From assembly GCA_963775685.1 (NCBI GenBank), contig CAVZJV010000014.1:2080001-2144000 (forward strand): 64,000 bases of DNA, given 5' to 3'. This document shows, in pieces, positions 30,310 to 39,433 of the stretch. The notes below the pieces were generated by a model that saw only the letters and a list, made by a program, of their open reading frames with translations, made no database searches and had not been told where the DNA came from. A program made the translations under genes and the position numbers. The stretch is from Candidatus Bathyarchaeota archaeon. Lineage in GTDB: Archaea; Thermoproteota; Bathyarchaeia; Bathyarchaeales; Bathycorpusculaceae. Each line of letters begins with the position of its first letter. The stretch's first letter is position 1.

Positions 30310-30969
30310 ATGAAAGAAAAAGTTGCGGTTGCAACAGTTCAAGACAAAGCCTACTTTCTAATAGTTAACAAACTACAAGAACAGAACATATCCTTCACAT
30401 AGCATTGTCCCAGGACAAGTTGTGCCCGCCAAAATGTTGTTGGTTATAACAACTGAACATGAAAAACATCTGGTTACCCACAGAAAAATATTTTTTTCAA
30501 GGCGAAGAACAGCTTGACAATTTAATTGACGAAGTGAAGAGAACTCTTTTTTTGGCAAGGCGTCTTTCGAGAAAATAATTATCGGATTAAACCCCGGTGT
30601 GGCAACTGGATTAGTGGTTTTGGCTTATGGAAAAGTTATTGAGGAAGGTAACTGTTTTAGGAATGAAGAAGTAGCCGGCAGCATAATCAAGATATTGCGG
30701 AATGTTGATTTTGCTGTAACCAGCGTGTCTCTGTTAAGCTTGGAAAAGGCGTTTCCGTATACAAAGACCTGCTTGAAGACTTGGACAGCGCCTTGCCCCT
30801 CAAATAACCTTTAGAAGAAGTGGGTAAGGCAGGAACCAAAAAACCTTTAAAAGGAAACAAGCATAGCAGAGGAGGTCAGACATATTTCCTCAGCTACCGC
30901 ATAGCTGGAAGAAACGGAAACATCATTCCAAGGGGAAAAACAATTGCAGCACGCAATAGAATCCAATAA
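30310..30969 (+). pseudogene. degraded gene for an archaeal RNase H-fold (IGxDPG-type) protein
   Basis: Fragments MKEKVAVATV..AYFLIV.KL / SIVPGQ..P...LVITT / KIIIGLNPGVATGLVVLAYGKVIEE / VKLGKG / RIAGRNG lie in different frames with internal stops. Confidence 0.7.
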
Positions 30970-32029
30970 AACAATGCTAGTTGATGGTCCAGCGTCAGTT
31001 CGGCTTGTCACGGGAAAAGCTGATGTCTTTGGTTATCTCTTGAAGGAATCCCAGCGTGTTCTGATTCGGGAAGGAAAACGCTTGCCATTCTTTATCGCTG
31101 AAAACTCGGTCTTCGACGTGTCGTTGGGTGCTAACTCTGGTATCGCAGAAACTACAGGCAGTACAAATCCGGCGTCATGGGACAAACCCGTAGAAGCGAT
31201 TTTGGGGCTTGAGAAACGCCCAGTGGTGATTTTGATTTTAGGGGCCGCTGATTGTGGCAAAAGCAGCCTTTGTACTTACCTATTAAACAAGTTAATTGAC
31301 GGGAAATGTAAGGTTGCAATTTTAGACGGCGATTTAGGTCAATCTGACATCGGTCCATCGGGCACCGTCGGCTATGCTGTAGCCACTAAACGCTTAGCTG
31401 AACTCTATGACTTAAAGCTTAAGAACGCTTTTTTCGTTGGCGTTACCTCACCTATAGCTGCTATGTCCAAAACGATCGAAGGGTTAGCTGCCATGAAAGC
31501 CGAGATTTTACAGGTGCAAGTTGATTTTGTTCTGGTTAACACCGACGGTTTTGTAAGCGGTGACATTGCCGTCGGCTACAAAACTGACTTAGTCAACGCC
31601 CTAAAACCAGATGTTGTCGTCGGCGTTCAAACGCAGGATGAACTTGCCCCCTTGATTGCCAACTTGAAAAATCCTGTGATCGTGGTTGAGCCTTCTTTTG
31701 CTCTAAAGCAGCGAACCCTCGAAAAACGAAAAATTCTCCGCGAAATGACCTACACACGTTACCTCAAGAAAGCCAAACTGCAATGCTACCCCAAAAGCCA
31801 AGTGACTATCGAACCTAGAGGCGCCATACCAAAAGACCAAGAACCTGAAAAAGGTATCCTTGTTAGTCTGTACGGTCGAGGAGCCAAATTCCTGGGAATC
31901 GGTGTTCTTCGCGAGGTCAATCAAGAAAGGAAAACTCTGAAAATCCAAACTGCAGTTTCAGCCAAACCTTTAAGGATAGTCATTGGAAAAGTAGTCGTAA
32001 ATCAAAAGCTTCAGGAAGTTGGGGACTGA
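30944..32029 (+). CDS. Clp1/Grc3/Nol9 family polynucleotide 5'-kinase
   Basis: GAADCGKS Walker A, DGDLGQSDIGP, FFVG.TSP, NTDG, R...RE lid motif. Confidence 0.9.
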   Translation: MQHAIESNKTMLVDGPASVRLVTGKADVFGYLLKESQRVLIREGKRLPFFIAENSVFDVSLGANSGIAETTGSTNPASWDKPVEAILGLEKRPVVILILGAADCGKSSLCTYLLNKLIDGKCKVAILDGDLGQSDIGPSGTVGYAVATKRLAELYDLKLKNAFFVGVTSPIAAMSKTIEGLAAMKAEILQVQVDFVLVNTDGFVSGDIAVGYKTDLVNALKPDVVVGVQTQDELAPLIANLKNPVIVVEPSFALKQRTLEKRKILREMTYTRYLKKAKLQCYPKSQVTIEPRGAIPKDQEPEKGILVSLYGRGAKFLGIGVLREVNQERKTLKIQTAVSAKPLRIVIGKVVVNQKLQEVGD

Positions 32030-33954
32030 GCCCTAAAGAAACTGCTAACTTCAGCCGCTAAGACTCCTTTTTTGTCAGGCAGAACTTTCATTCCGCTCGT
32101 TATCCATGAAGGCAAGAAACTTTTGCAATAGGCGGTTGAGAATCGGTAGTCCAAAAAGACAATGGCGCCGCGGTCATCGAGCGTTCTTATGGGTCTGCCG
32201 GCTGCCTGCGAAGCTTTCTTCATGGCGGGCAACACGTAGCCGTATTCGCGTCCCAGCCCCAGAAAACACTTGTCATAATATTCGATCTGAGCCTTGACCC
32301 GAGGAGTTGGCTCGGCATAAGGCACCCCAACAATCAAGACCGAGTTCATTTGGTTGCCTGGAAAATCCACACCCTCCGAAGTCCTGCCGCCTTGCACACC
32401 CAAAAAAACCGCACCGCCTTTTTCTCCACATGCTTTAAAGTCCGAGACCAGTTTCTCGTTTGCCTTAGAGGTCATGCCCCTCTTCTCATGGAACAACGGT
32501 TTTAAAAGACTGTTCTCTAAGCCTTCAGTAAGCATCGAGTTTAAGACTTCAAACGACGAGGCAAAAATTCCTGTGTTGGTTGGGGTGCTGTTCACAACCT
32601 CATTTATACGCTCAATCATCGTCTGGTACATCGCGGGAGTTCTTTTCTCCATAGATGTGGTGACTCCGCAACTGACGGCTGAGAAAACATGTTCTTTTGG
32701 AAACGGCGAAGGCGCAAGAAATTTCACGGTGCTCTCGGGTAATCTTGTTATTCGTGCAAAAGCTTCCAGCGGCTGAAGCGTCCCTGACATAATGACATTG
32801 GCATATGTAGACGAAAATACTGGCTGGGTAACCTTGGATGGGTCAAGCGCCACTATCTCAAGCTTTGCGGTTTTGTTGTTTTCTTTGTTAAAGTATCGGC
32901 TTGCAACGTTAATGAATGAATCATCATGCATGGTATCATACCACCTAAGTAGGAACTCGCTCATCGAGTGGACGTAGGAGCGAGGGTTCTTGCCCTCAGC
33001 TAATAAGGTTTTCTTAATGCCAGCGCCAGCTTCATGCATGTGCTCAAAAAACTCTCGGGGACGGGGGATGTTTCCCTGCTTTTGGATGATTTCAATTATG
33101 CTATCTGCCGAAATAATCTGTTCTCGATTTACTTTATCGGTTATTTTTTCAACTTCAGTTCTAAAAAAGTGGGCAAATTCCTCGATGTCTTTGTTGCCAA
33201 ATCGTTCAGCTTCCATTTCTGCTGCCCTCATAACGAATAGAGTGAGATTGCTGCCCGAAATGTCAATGGCTGTTTCAGGCAAATTATGCGCTTCATCTAC
33301 AACTAGGATAATTTTTTGCAGTTCCGTTTCAAGGTTTTTAAGAAAAGCTGTGCGGATTACGGGGTCGAAAACGTAGAGGTAGCTTAACGCGATTACTTGG
33401 ACATCTGAGAGCCCTGCTTTTACGAGTTCGTAGGGGCAAACTTCTTTTTTTTTGCAGATCCGCTGGATTTCAGAGCCCATGTAGGGGCGGCTCGCCACTT
33501 GCTGCTGAAGCTGCATGTAATCGTACGTGCGTTTTTCCACATTAGTATAGTACGGGCACCGTCTCTTGGTTTTCAATAACTCGCAGACTTCCATAAGCGA
33601 CTTCGAATCAAAGGCGCCTCTTGAGGCGAAGACGTTGAGGCACATTTCATTGCGTCCGCGGATGGAGAGACCGGAAATTTGGTGTTTCCTGAAAACGGCT
33701 CTTAATTCTTCGATGACGCGATCATGCTGGCGGTGGGTTCGCGCCACGTAGAGGATTTTGAGTTTTTTCTCGATTGCTATAGGTAACACGGCGGAAAGTG
33801 CTGAGATTGTTTTTCCCAAACCATTGCTTCCTTCAATTAGAACCGATCGTCGGCTGCTTACGGCATTGTAAACAGTTGATATGAATTCGTCTTGGTGGGG
33901 ACGCACGCTATCGTATGGAAAGTACTCTGCGACTTGACTTGGCAGCTTAATCAT
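32011..33954 (-). CDS. xpd: XPD/Rad3-family Fe-S DNA helicase
   Basis: Q motif FPY...RP.Q, G.GKT, four Fe-S Cys, DEAH, SGT, SEG.DF, QAAGR.IR. Confidence 0.93.
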   Translation of the reverse strand: MIKLPSQVAEYFPYDSVRPHQDEFISTVYNAVSSRRSVLIEGSNGLGKTISALSAVLPIAIEKKLKILYVARTHRQHDRVIEELRAVFRKHQISGLSIRGRNEMCLNVFASRGAFDSKSLMEVCELLKTKRRCPYYTNVEKRTYDYMQLQQQVASRPYMGSEIQRICKKKEVCPYELVKAGLSDVQVIALSYLYVFDPVIRTAFLKNLETELQKIILVVDEAHNLPETAIDISGSNLTLFVMRAAEMEAERFGNKDIEEFAHFFRTEVEKITDKVNREQIISADSIIEIIQKQGNIPRPREFFEHMHEAGAGIKKTLLAEGKNPRSYVHSMSEFLLRWYDTMHDDSFINVASRYFNKENNKTAKLEIVALDPSKVTQPVFSSTYANVIMSGTLQPLEAFARITRLPESTVKFLAPSPFPKEHVFSAVSCGVTTSMEKRTPAMYQTMIERINEVVNSTPTNTGIFASSFEVLNSMLTEGLENSLLKPLFHEKRGMTSKANEKLVSDFKACGEKGGAVFLGVQGGRTSEGVDFPGNQMNSVLIVGVPYAEPTPRVKAQIEYYDKCFLGLGREYGYVLPAMKKASQAAGRPIRTLDDRGAIVFLDYRFSTAYCKSFLPSWITSGMKVLPDKKGVLAAEVSSFFRAQSPTS

Positions 33955-34622
33955 TGCCTTTCTCCATCAGTAAAATATAGCCACAGTATGGTCTGCATTG
34001 TATAAATACCAATTGAGTTGATATCTCCATTTTTTTAAGCTTACTTTAGAATTGTTTTGGATCTCAGGTAAGGTTAATGCGCCTCATCATTACTCTTTTT
34101 GCACTTGCTTCTCCACTGCTCTCCAAATTGCGGTTTATGATCAGAAAGAATAACTTTCGGCATCTACACTATTTCTCAAGCACCATCAGCGGTTTGAGCC
34201 TTAGATATCTTATAATCAAACACTTTGCTGCGACGATAAATCTGCTAAAATTATCAAGTTCAAACCAAAAATCGATACCGCTTAAGATGCATATCTAAAG
34301 ATTTTTACAGTCAATCTGCTTGAGTATTTAACTTTGAAAGATACAATTGTTGTACCGAATCTGTTGTAGCAACATCTTCTACAGACCCCTTTTGTTGAAA
34401 CATCAAGCGCTTTAGCAAGAAAGAACTTCTATGTTTTAATCCCGTAGATGATCATTTTGGCGTTCCTTGGCCGGTTATTGTTTTCTTCAGATCCTTATCG
34501 TTTGCATCTTCACCAGACTCTTAAAACATGCAGTTTTGATTTTGTTCTTATAGGAAAGGTTTTTAGTATAGTTATTATATGAGACTGTGAAAAAGTGTAT
34601 AGTGTAAAGTGAGGTTAACATT

Positions 34623-35351
34623 ATGTCTGTATTTGCAGCACCAGGAGCATATGACCGTGCCATTACCGTTTTCTCGCCTGATGGACGACTCTTCCAAGTA
34701 GAATATGCGATGGAACTTGTGAACCGCGGAGCCACCATTATAGGCATCCAATCTTCGGAAGGATTAGTTTTGGGTTCAGAAGAAAACATTGAAGTCCTTG
34801 AAGAAGCAGGGTACTCATGGAAAATCTTCCGAGTAGACGATCACATTGGCGCAGCCATAGTCGGGTTAAGTTCCGACGCAAGAATTCTAATTGACCAAGC
34901 AAGAATCTACGCTCAAAGTAACAAACTAACTTATGACGAACCCATCGACATAGAAGTCGTAACAAAACGCATATGTGATATCCAACAGATGTACACCCAA
35001 CATGCAGGTGTCCGACCCTTCGGTGTTTCAATCATCTTCGGAGGAGTCGACAAAACTGGAGCCCGCGTGTTTGGAACACACCCGAGCGGAACCTATAGAG
35101 GCTACAAAGCCACAGCTCTTGGCGCAGGAAGAGAAACAGTCCTAAGCATCCTAAAAGAAGAATACAAAGAAGATCAAACCCTTGACACTAGCATAAAACT
35201 CACAGTTAAATGTCTAGTAAAAGCCCTCGAAGCACGACAGTTGCCACCAAGGATCAAAATCGCAATTATCCCAGCAGCCACACAGAAAATGGAAATGCTA
35301 AATGACAACACAGTGGAAGGTTACATCAAAGAGCTGGGTTCAAGCAAGTGA
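34623..35351 (+). CDS. psmA: proteasome alpha subunit
   Basis: YDRAITVFSPDGRLFQVEYA signature; RPFGVS. Confidence 0.98.
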   Translation: MSVFAAPGAYDRAITVFSPDGRLFQVEYAMELVNRGATIIGIQSSEGLVLGSEENIEVLEEAGYSWKIFRVDDHIGAAIVGLSSDARILIDQARIYAQSNKLTYDEPIDIEVVTKRICDIQQMYTQHAGVRPFGVSIIFGGVDKTGARVFGTHPSGTYRGYKATALGAGRETVLSILKEEYKEDQTLDTSIKLTVKCLVKALEARQLPPRIKIAIIPAATQKMEMLNDNTVEGYIKELGSSK

Positions 35352-35358
35352 AAAAATA

Positions 35359-36048
35359 ATGAGTGAAAAGTTCACTGTCGCTCGCCTGACAAGAGAAAAT
35401 GAACATTTTGAAGTTCTAGTCAAGCCACAAAAGGCACTTGACTATCGAAACGGCAAAATCGCGGGGATAACCGAGGTTTTGGCCGCAGAAATGATTTTTT
35501 CCGACGCAAACAAAGGCACCAAAGTCTCCGAAGAAGCCATGAAAAAGGCGTTCAAGACAACTGACCCACTCAAAATTGCAGACGAAATCCTAAAAAAAGG
35601 AACCTTGCAATTAACAACCGACCAAAGACGAAAAATGGTCGATGATAAAAGAAAACAAATAATTGACTTCATTTCTCACCAAGCGGTGGATCCAAAAACC
35701 AATTTGCCTCATCCGCCTGCTCGTATAGAAAACGCCATGGAGCAAATCCGTTACCCAATAGATCCATATAAGCCAGTTGAAGAGCAAGCTAAAGAAATAG
35801 TTAAACTGCTTAGGCCAATCTTGCCCCTGAAAATAGAACAGGTAAAGGTTGCGATTAAAATCCCCACACAGTATGCGGCAAGAGCTTACGGCACAGTTAA
35901 AACGTTGGGCACAATTAAACGGGAAGAATGGCGCGGTGACGGTTCATGGTATGGTGAACTTGAGTTACCTGCTGGATCTTACGCTTCATTGTTAAACAAG
36001 CTAGGTGATGCAACCAAGGGAAGTGGAGAAGCAAAAATAATCTCATAG
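35359..36048 (+). CDS. sdo1: ribosome maturation factor SBDS/Sdo1
   Basis: FEVLV, IF.DA.KG, QLT..QRR, P.T..PHP..RIE; position in the exosome superoperon. Confidence 0.95.
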   Translation: MSEKFTVARLTRENEHFEVLVKPQKALDYRNGKIAGITEVLAAEMIFSDANKGTKVSEEAMKKAFKTTDPLKIADEILKKGTLQLTTDQRRKMVDDKRKQIIDFISHQAVDPKTNLPHPPARIENAMEQIRYPIDPYKPVEEQAKEIVKLLRPILPLKIEQVKVAIKIPTQYAARAYGTVKTLGTIKREEWRGDGSWYGELELPAGSYASLLNKLGDATKGSGEAKIIS

Positions 36049-36076
36049 TAATGGAAAAAAAATGATAGGTGATTTT

Positions 36077-36790
36077 ATGCCAACATTCTTTGAAAAAAAA
36101 CAGCTTGTCACGCCCGGGGAAATGCTCGCTGAAGGAGACTATTTGCCCGGCGAAAACACGTATGTGGAAGCAGGCAAGATTTATGCCTCAAGGATTGGAC
36201 TCGTAGATAGTGACAATAAAAAAGTAAACGTTGTCGCACTAAGAGCGTTTTACGTGCCAAAAATGGGTGATATAGTAATTGGAACAGTTACAGAAGTCGG
36301 ATTCAACGGCTGGACCATTAACATCAAAGCACCCTACACAGCTATGCTTCGAGCATCAGACGTTCTGAGCAGACCCTTTAAACCCCAAAACGACGAGTTA
36401 TCTCAAGTCTTAACGGCAGGCGACTTAATCGTTGCCAAAATTGCAACCTTCGACAGAGCACACGACCCACAACTCACTGTCGGCGAACCCGGACTGGGAA
36501 AAATTACTCGCGGGCAAATCCTACATGTGACACCTACGAAGATTCCGCGTATCATTGGACGCAAAGGGTCAATGATTTCGATGATTAAGCAGGAAACCAA
36601 TTGTCAAATCATTCTTGGATTAAACGGTGTTATTTTGGTCACAGGCAAAACCTTGGAAGAAGAGGAACTCGCCATATTTGTGATTCGAAAGATCGAGGAA
36701 GAATCTCACACTAGTGGTCTTACTGATCGCATAACCCAGTTGCTAAAAGAAAAGAAATTAGGTAAAGTGGAGGAAAACAAAGTTGAATGA
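36077..36790 (+). CDS. rrp4: exosome RNA-binding subunit Rrp4
   Basis: VTPGE.L, S1 domain, KH IPRIIGRKGSM, G.NG.I. Confidence 0.96.
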   Translation: MPTFFEKKQLVTPGEMLAEGDYLPGENTYVEAGKIYASRIGLVDSDNKKVNVVALRAFYVPKMGDIVIGTVTEVGFNGWTINIKAPYTAMLRASDVLSRPFKPQNDELSQVLTAGDLIVAKIATFDRAHDPQLTVGEPGLGKITRGQILHVTPTKIPRIIGRKGSMISMIKQETNCQIILGLNGVILVTGKTLEEEELAIFVIRKIEEESHTSGLTDRITQLLKEKKLGKVEENKVE

Positions 36791-37517
36791 AAAACAAGAG
36801 AAATTAATCGATAAAAAAGGCATCCGATTAGACGGTAGAAAAGCGGATGAACTTCGTCCCTTAAAGCTTCAAGTAGGTGTACTTTCAAACGCTGATGGCT
36901 CAGCTTATGTTGAACATGGAAAAAACAAGATTTTAGCCGCAGCTTTTGGTCCTAAAGAAGTGCATCCAAAACACCTCATGCAAGCCGATCGTATGGTTCT
37001 AAAAGTCCGATATCATATGGCGCCCTTCTCTGTACAGGAACGAAAATCTCCTGCACCATCCAGAAGAGAAGTTGAACTCTCAAAAGTCATCAAAGAATCC
37101 TTAGAACCAGCCCTATTCCTTGAGCTATACCCGCGAACAGGTGTCGACGTCTTCGTTGAAGTCCTGCAAGCTGACGGAGGAACAAGATGCGCAGCCATCA
37201 CCGCAGCCGCACTAGCCATTGCTGACTCAGGCGTTCCGATGCGCGACCTAGTTGTGGGGTGCGCTGCAGGCAAGGTTGAAGACACAGTGGTCGTTGACTT
37301 ATACGATGCTGAAGATAAACTCGGTGCCGCAGATGTTCCAGTCGCTTATATGCCAAGCTTAAATGCAATTACATTGCTACAAATGGACGGTATTTTGGAG
37401 CCAGCCGAATTCGAGAAAGCTGTAAACATGGCGATGGAAGGATGCAAGAAAATCTACGCGATGCAAAAAGAAGCATTAAAGACTAAGTATATGGTTGTTA
37501 AAGAGGTTGAAGAATAA
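36783..37517 (+). CDS. rrp41: exosome catalytic subunit Rrp41
   Basis: R.DGR..DELRP, ADGSAY, DGGTR, D....ED motifs. Confidence 0.97.
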   Translation: MNEKQEKLIDKKGIRLDGRKADELRPLKLQVGVLSNADGSAYVEHGKNKILAAAFGPKEVHPKHLMQADRMVLKVRYHMAPFSVQERKSPAPSRREVELSKVIKESLEPALFLELYPRTGVDVFVEVLQADGGTRCAAITAAALAIADSGVPMRDLVVGCAAGKVEDTVVVDLYDAEDKLGAADVPVAYMPSLNAITLLQMDGILEPAEFEKAVNMAMEGCKKIYAMQKEALKTKYMVVKEVEE

Positions 37518-38308
37518 TGTCATCCCTTGTAACTAAAGTTAGACTACGGCAAATCGAGCAGCTAATCGAGAAAGGTAAACGCCTAGATGAACGAGGTTTA
37601 CTAGACACCCGCGAAATCAAAATCGAACAAGGTCTAATCGAGAAGGCTGAAGGCTCAGCAAGAGTCTATCTCGGCAAAACTGAGATTCTCGTCGGCGTTA
37701 AAGTCGGACTTGGCGAGCCGTTCTCAGACACTCCAAATGAAGGCGTCCTAACTGTAAACGCAGAACTCGTTCCAGTTGCTTCACCGCACTTTGAGCCAGG
37801 TCCACCAGACGAAAACAGCATCGAATTAGCACGTGTTGTTGACAGAGGCATAAGAGAATCAAAATGCATCGATAACGAAAAACTATGCATTGAGCCCGGC
37901 AAAAAAGTGTTCGTGGTCTTCGTTGACGTTTACGTTCTAAATCACGACGGAAACCTAATTGATGCTTCTGCAATAGCAGCCATGGCCGCACTGATGAACA
38001 CAAAAATGCCCAACTACGAAATAAAAGATGGCGAACTAAAAATCAAGCAAGGCTACACACCGCTCCCCGTAAAGAGTCACCCTGTAACGGTCACCACTGG
38101 CAAAATTAACAACCACCTAATCGTTGACCCTCAAGCCGAAGAAGAACAAGTCATGGATGCACGCATCACCTTCGCAACCAAAGAAGATGGAACCATATGT
38201 GCCATTCAGAAAGGCGGCTCAGGTTATTTCTCACCGCAACAGATTTTAGAAGCCTCAAAGATTGCTCTGGACAAAGCAGCAGAACTGCGCAAGAAACTCG
38301 ATTGGTGA
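37517..38308 (+). CDS. rrp42: exosome subunit Rrp42
   Basis: KAEGSA.V.LG.T, FEPGPPDE, DGNL.DA, IQK.G. Confidence 0.97.
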   Translation: MSSLVTKVRLRQIEQLIEKGKRLDERGLLDTREIKIEQGLIEKAEGSARVYLGKTEILVGVKVGLGEPFSDTPNEGVLTVNAELVPVASPHFEPGPPDENSIELARVVDRGIRESKCIDNEKLCIEPGKKVFVVFVDVYVLNHDGNLIDASAIAAMAALMNTKMPNYEIKDGELKIKQGYTPLPVKSHPVTVTTGKINNHLIVDPQAEEEQVMDARITFATKEDGTICAIQKGGSGYFSPQQILEASKIALDKAAELRKKLDW

Positions 38309-38316
38309 AATGAAAG

Positions 38317-38637
38317 TTGCCTAAGATGAAGAAAGTTGGTCCAACAAGAGGTTTAGGTGTACGTTACGGTTCAACAGTTAGGAAACGGTACGCTAAAGTA
38401 ATCACTGAACTCAAAAAACCACACCGATGCCCACAATGCGGCTTTACCCGTGTTAAACGCGTAAGCGTTGGCATCTGGAAATGCAGCAAGTGCGAGTACA
38501 CTTTTGCAGGCGGAGCGTACACACCAGTAACTAAGCTTGGTGTTGTGGCCAAGCGTGCAGCCAAAGGTGCGCCAGTTGAAGAAACGGCGAAAGCTGTAGC
38601 AACTGTTGAGTCGGCAACTGAAGAAGAAACCGAATAA
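38317..38637 (+). CDS. rpl37ae: 50S ribosomal protein L37ae (eL43)
   Basis: G.RYG...RK, CPQC...VKR...GIW.C.KC...AGGAY.P. Confidence 0.96.
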   Translation: MPKMKKVGPTRGLGVRYGSTVRKRYAKVITELKKPHRCPQCGFTRVKRVSVGIWKCSKCEYTFAGGAYTPVTKLGVVAKRAAKGAPVEETAKAVATVESATEEETE

Positions 38638-38716
38638 ACCCTTCTTTTCCTTTAATTTTATTTGTTTGCAAGTTTTTATTTATTAATTTCAAAACCTCTT
38701 AGCGTATGAATGCTCA

Positions 38717-38974
38717 ATGTCAACCAGCTCAAAAGCTGAAATACTCCTAAAATTTGCATCCCAAAAACATGTTGTAACGCTGCTGGATGCATTAACTCCT
38801 GAAGCAAATGCGTTAGTAACAAGGCGAGCAAATGTGAAACTAGAAAAAGACGGCTTAACTCTTCTGTTGACGGTTGAGGCAGAAGACACCGTTGCCCTGC
38901 GAGCGACTCTTAACGCTTATCTGCGTTGGATAAACTCTGCAGTCAACGTCATGGATACAGTTGAGCGCGCTTGA
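38717..38974 (+). CDS. pcc1: KEOPS complex subunit Pcc1
   Basis: AL.PE, L.L..EAED..ALRA..N.YLRW. Confidence 0.9.
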   Translation: MSTSSKAEILLKFASQKHVVTLLDALTPEANALVTRRANVKLEKDGLTLLLTVEAEDTVALRATLNAYLRWINSAVNVMDTVERA

Positions 38975-39063
38975 ATAGTTGCTTGAGTGAAACTATAGCC
39001 CCCTTATTTAAAGCAGATTTGCGCTAAGTTGAAATGTTACAACCCCTAACCGTCGCCTCACCT

Positions 39064-39079
39064 CCTCTTATATAAGAGG
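39064..39079. other. perfect 16-bp palindrome CCTCTTATATAAGAGG
   Basis: Seen directly; overlaps a second inverted repeat AGAGGCT-N9-AGCCTCT (39075-39097). Confidence 0.6.
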
Positions 39080-39433
39080 CTTACCAAAAGAGCCTCTATT
39101 TGAAATGTTGGGTCCTTATCTCGCTAGAGAAAACAATAATGTTATTCGATCCATCTAACGGTGTTCATAGATTTTAACATAAAGCAGAAATTAGCAAACA
39201 AACATTTTGATAACATTTAATCCTTATCTATTTTCCCCTACGGGTATTTGATTTTCAAGGGATCAAAAAGAATAGTTTTGCTTGGAGACAACTATTTTCG
39301 CTGGTTTTTAGAGGACGCTATCCAAACATGCTGGTTGCTGGATGTAAATTTTCTATTTTTTTTATTAACTTTTGTAAAAAACATTTATAAGAAAAGCTTA
39401 CCGTATAACCGAAAATAATCAGAGGATAATAAG

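Noticed and set aside
33960-34600. 640-bp gap upstream of psmA, checked for RNase P Pop5/Rpp30 or an ncRNA
   Set aside because: No recognisable translation or structure in either strand; the ORFs 34077-34298 and 34487-34789 look spurious
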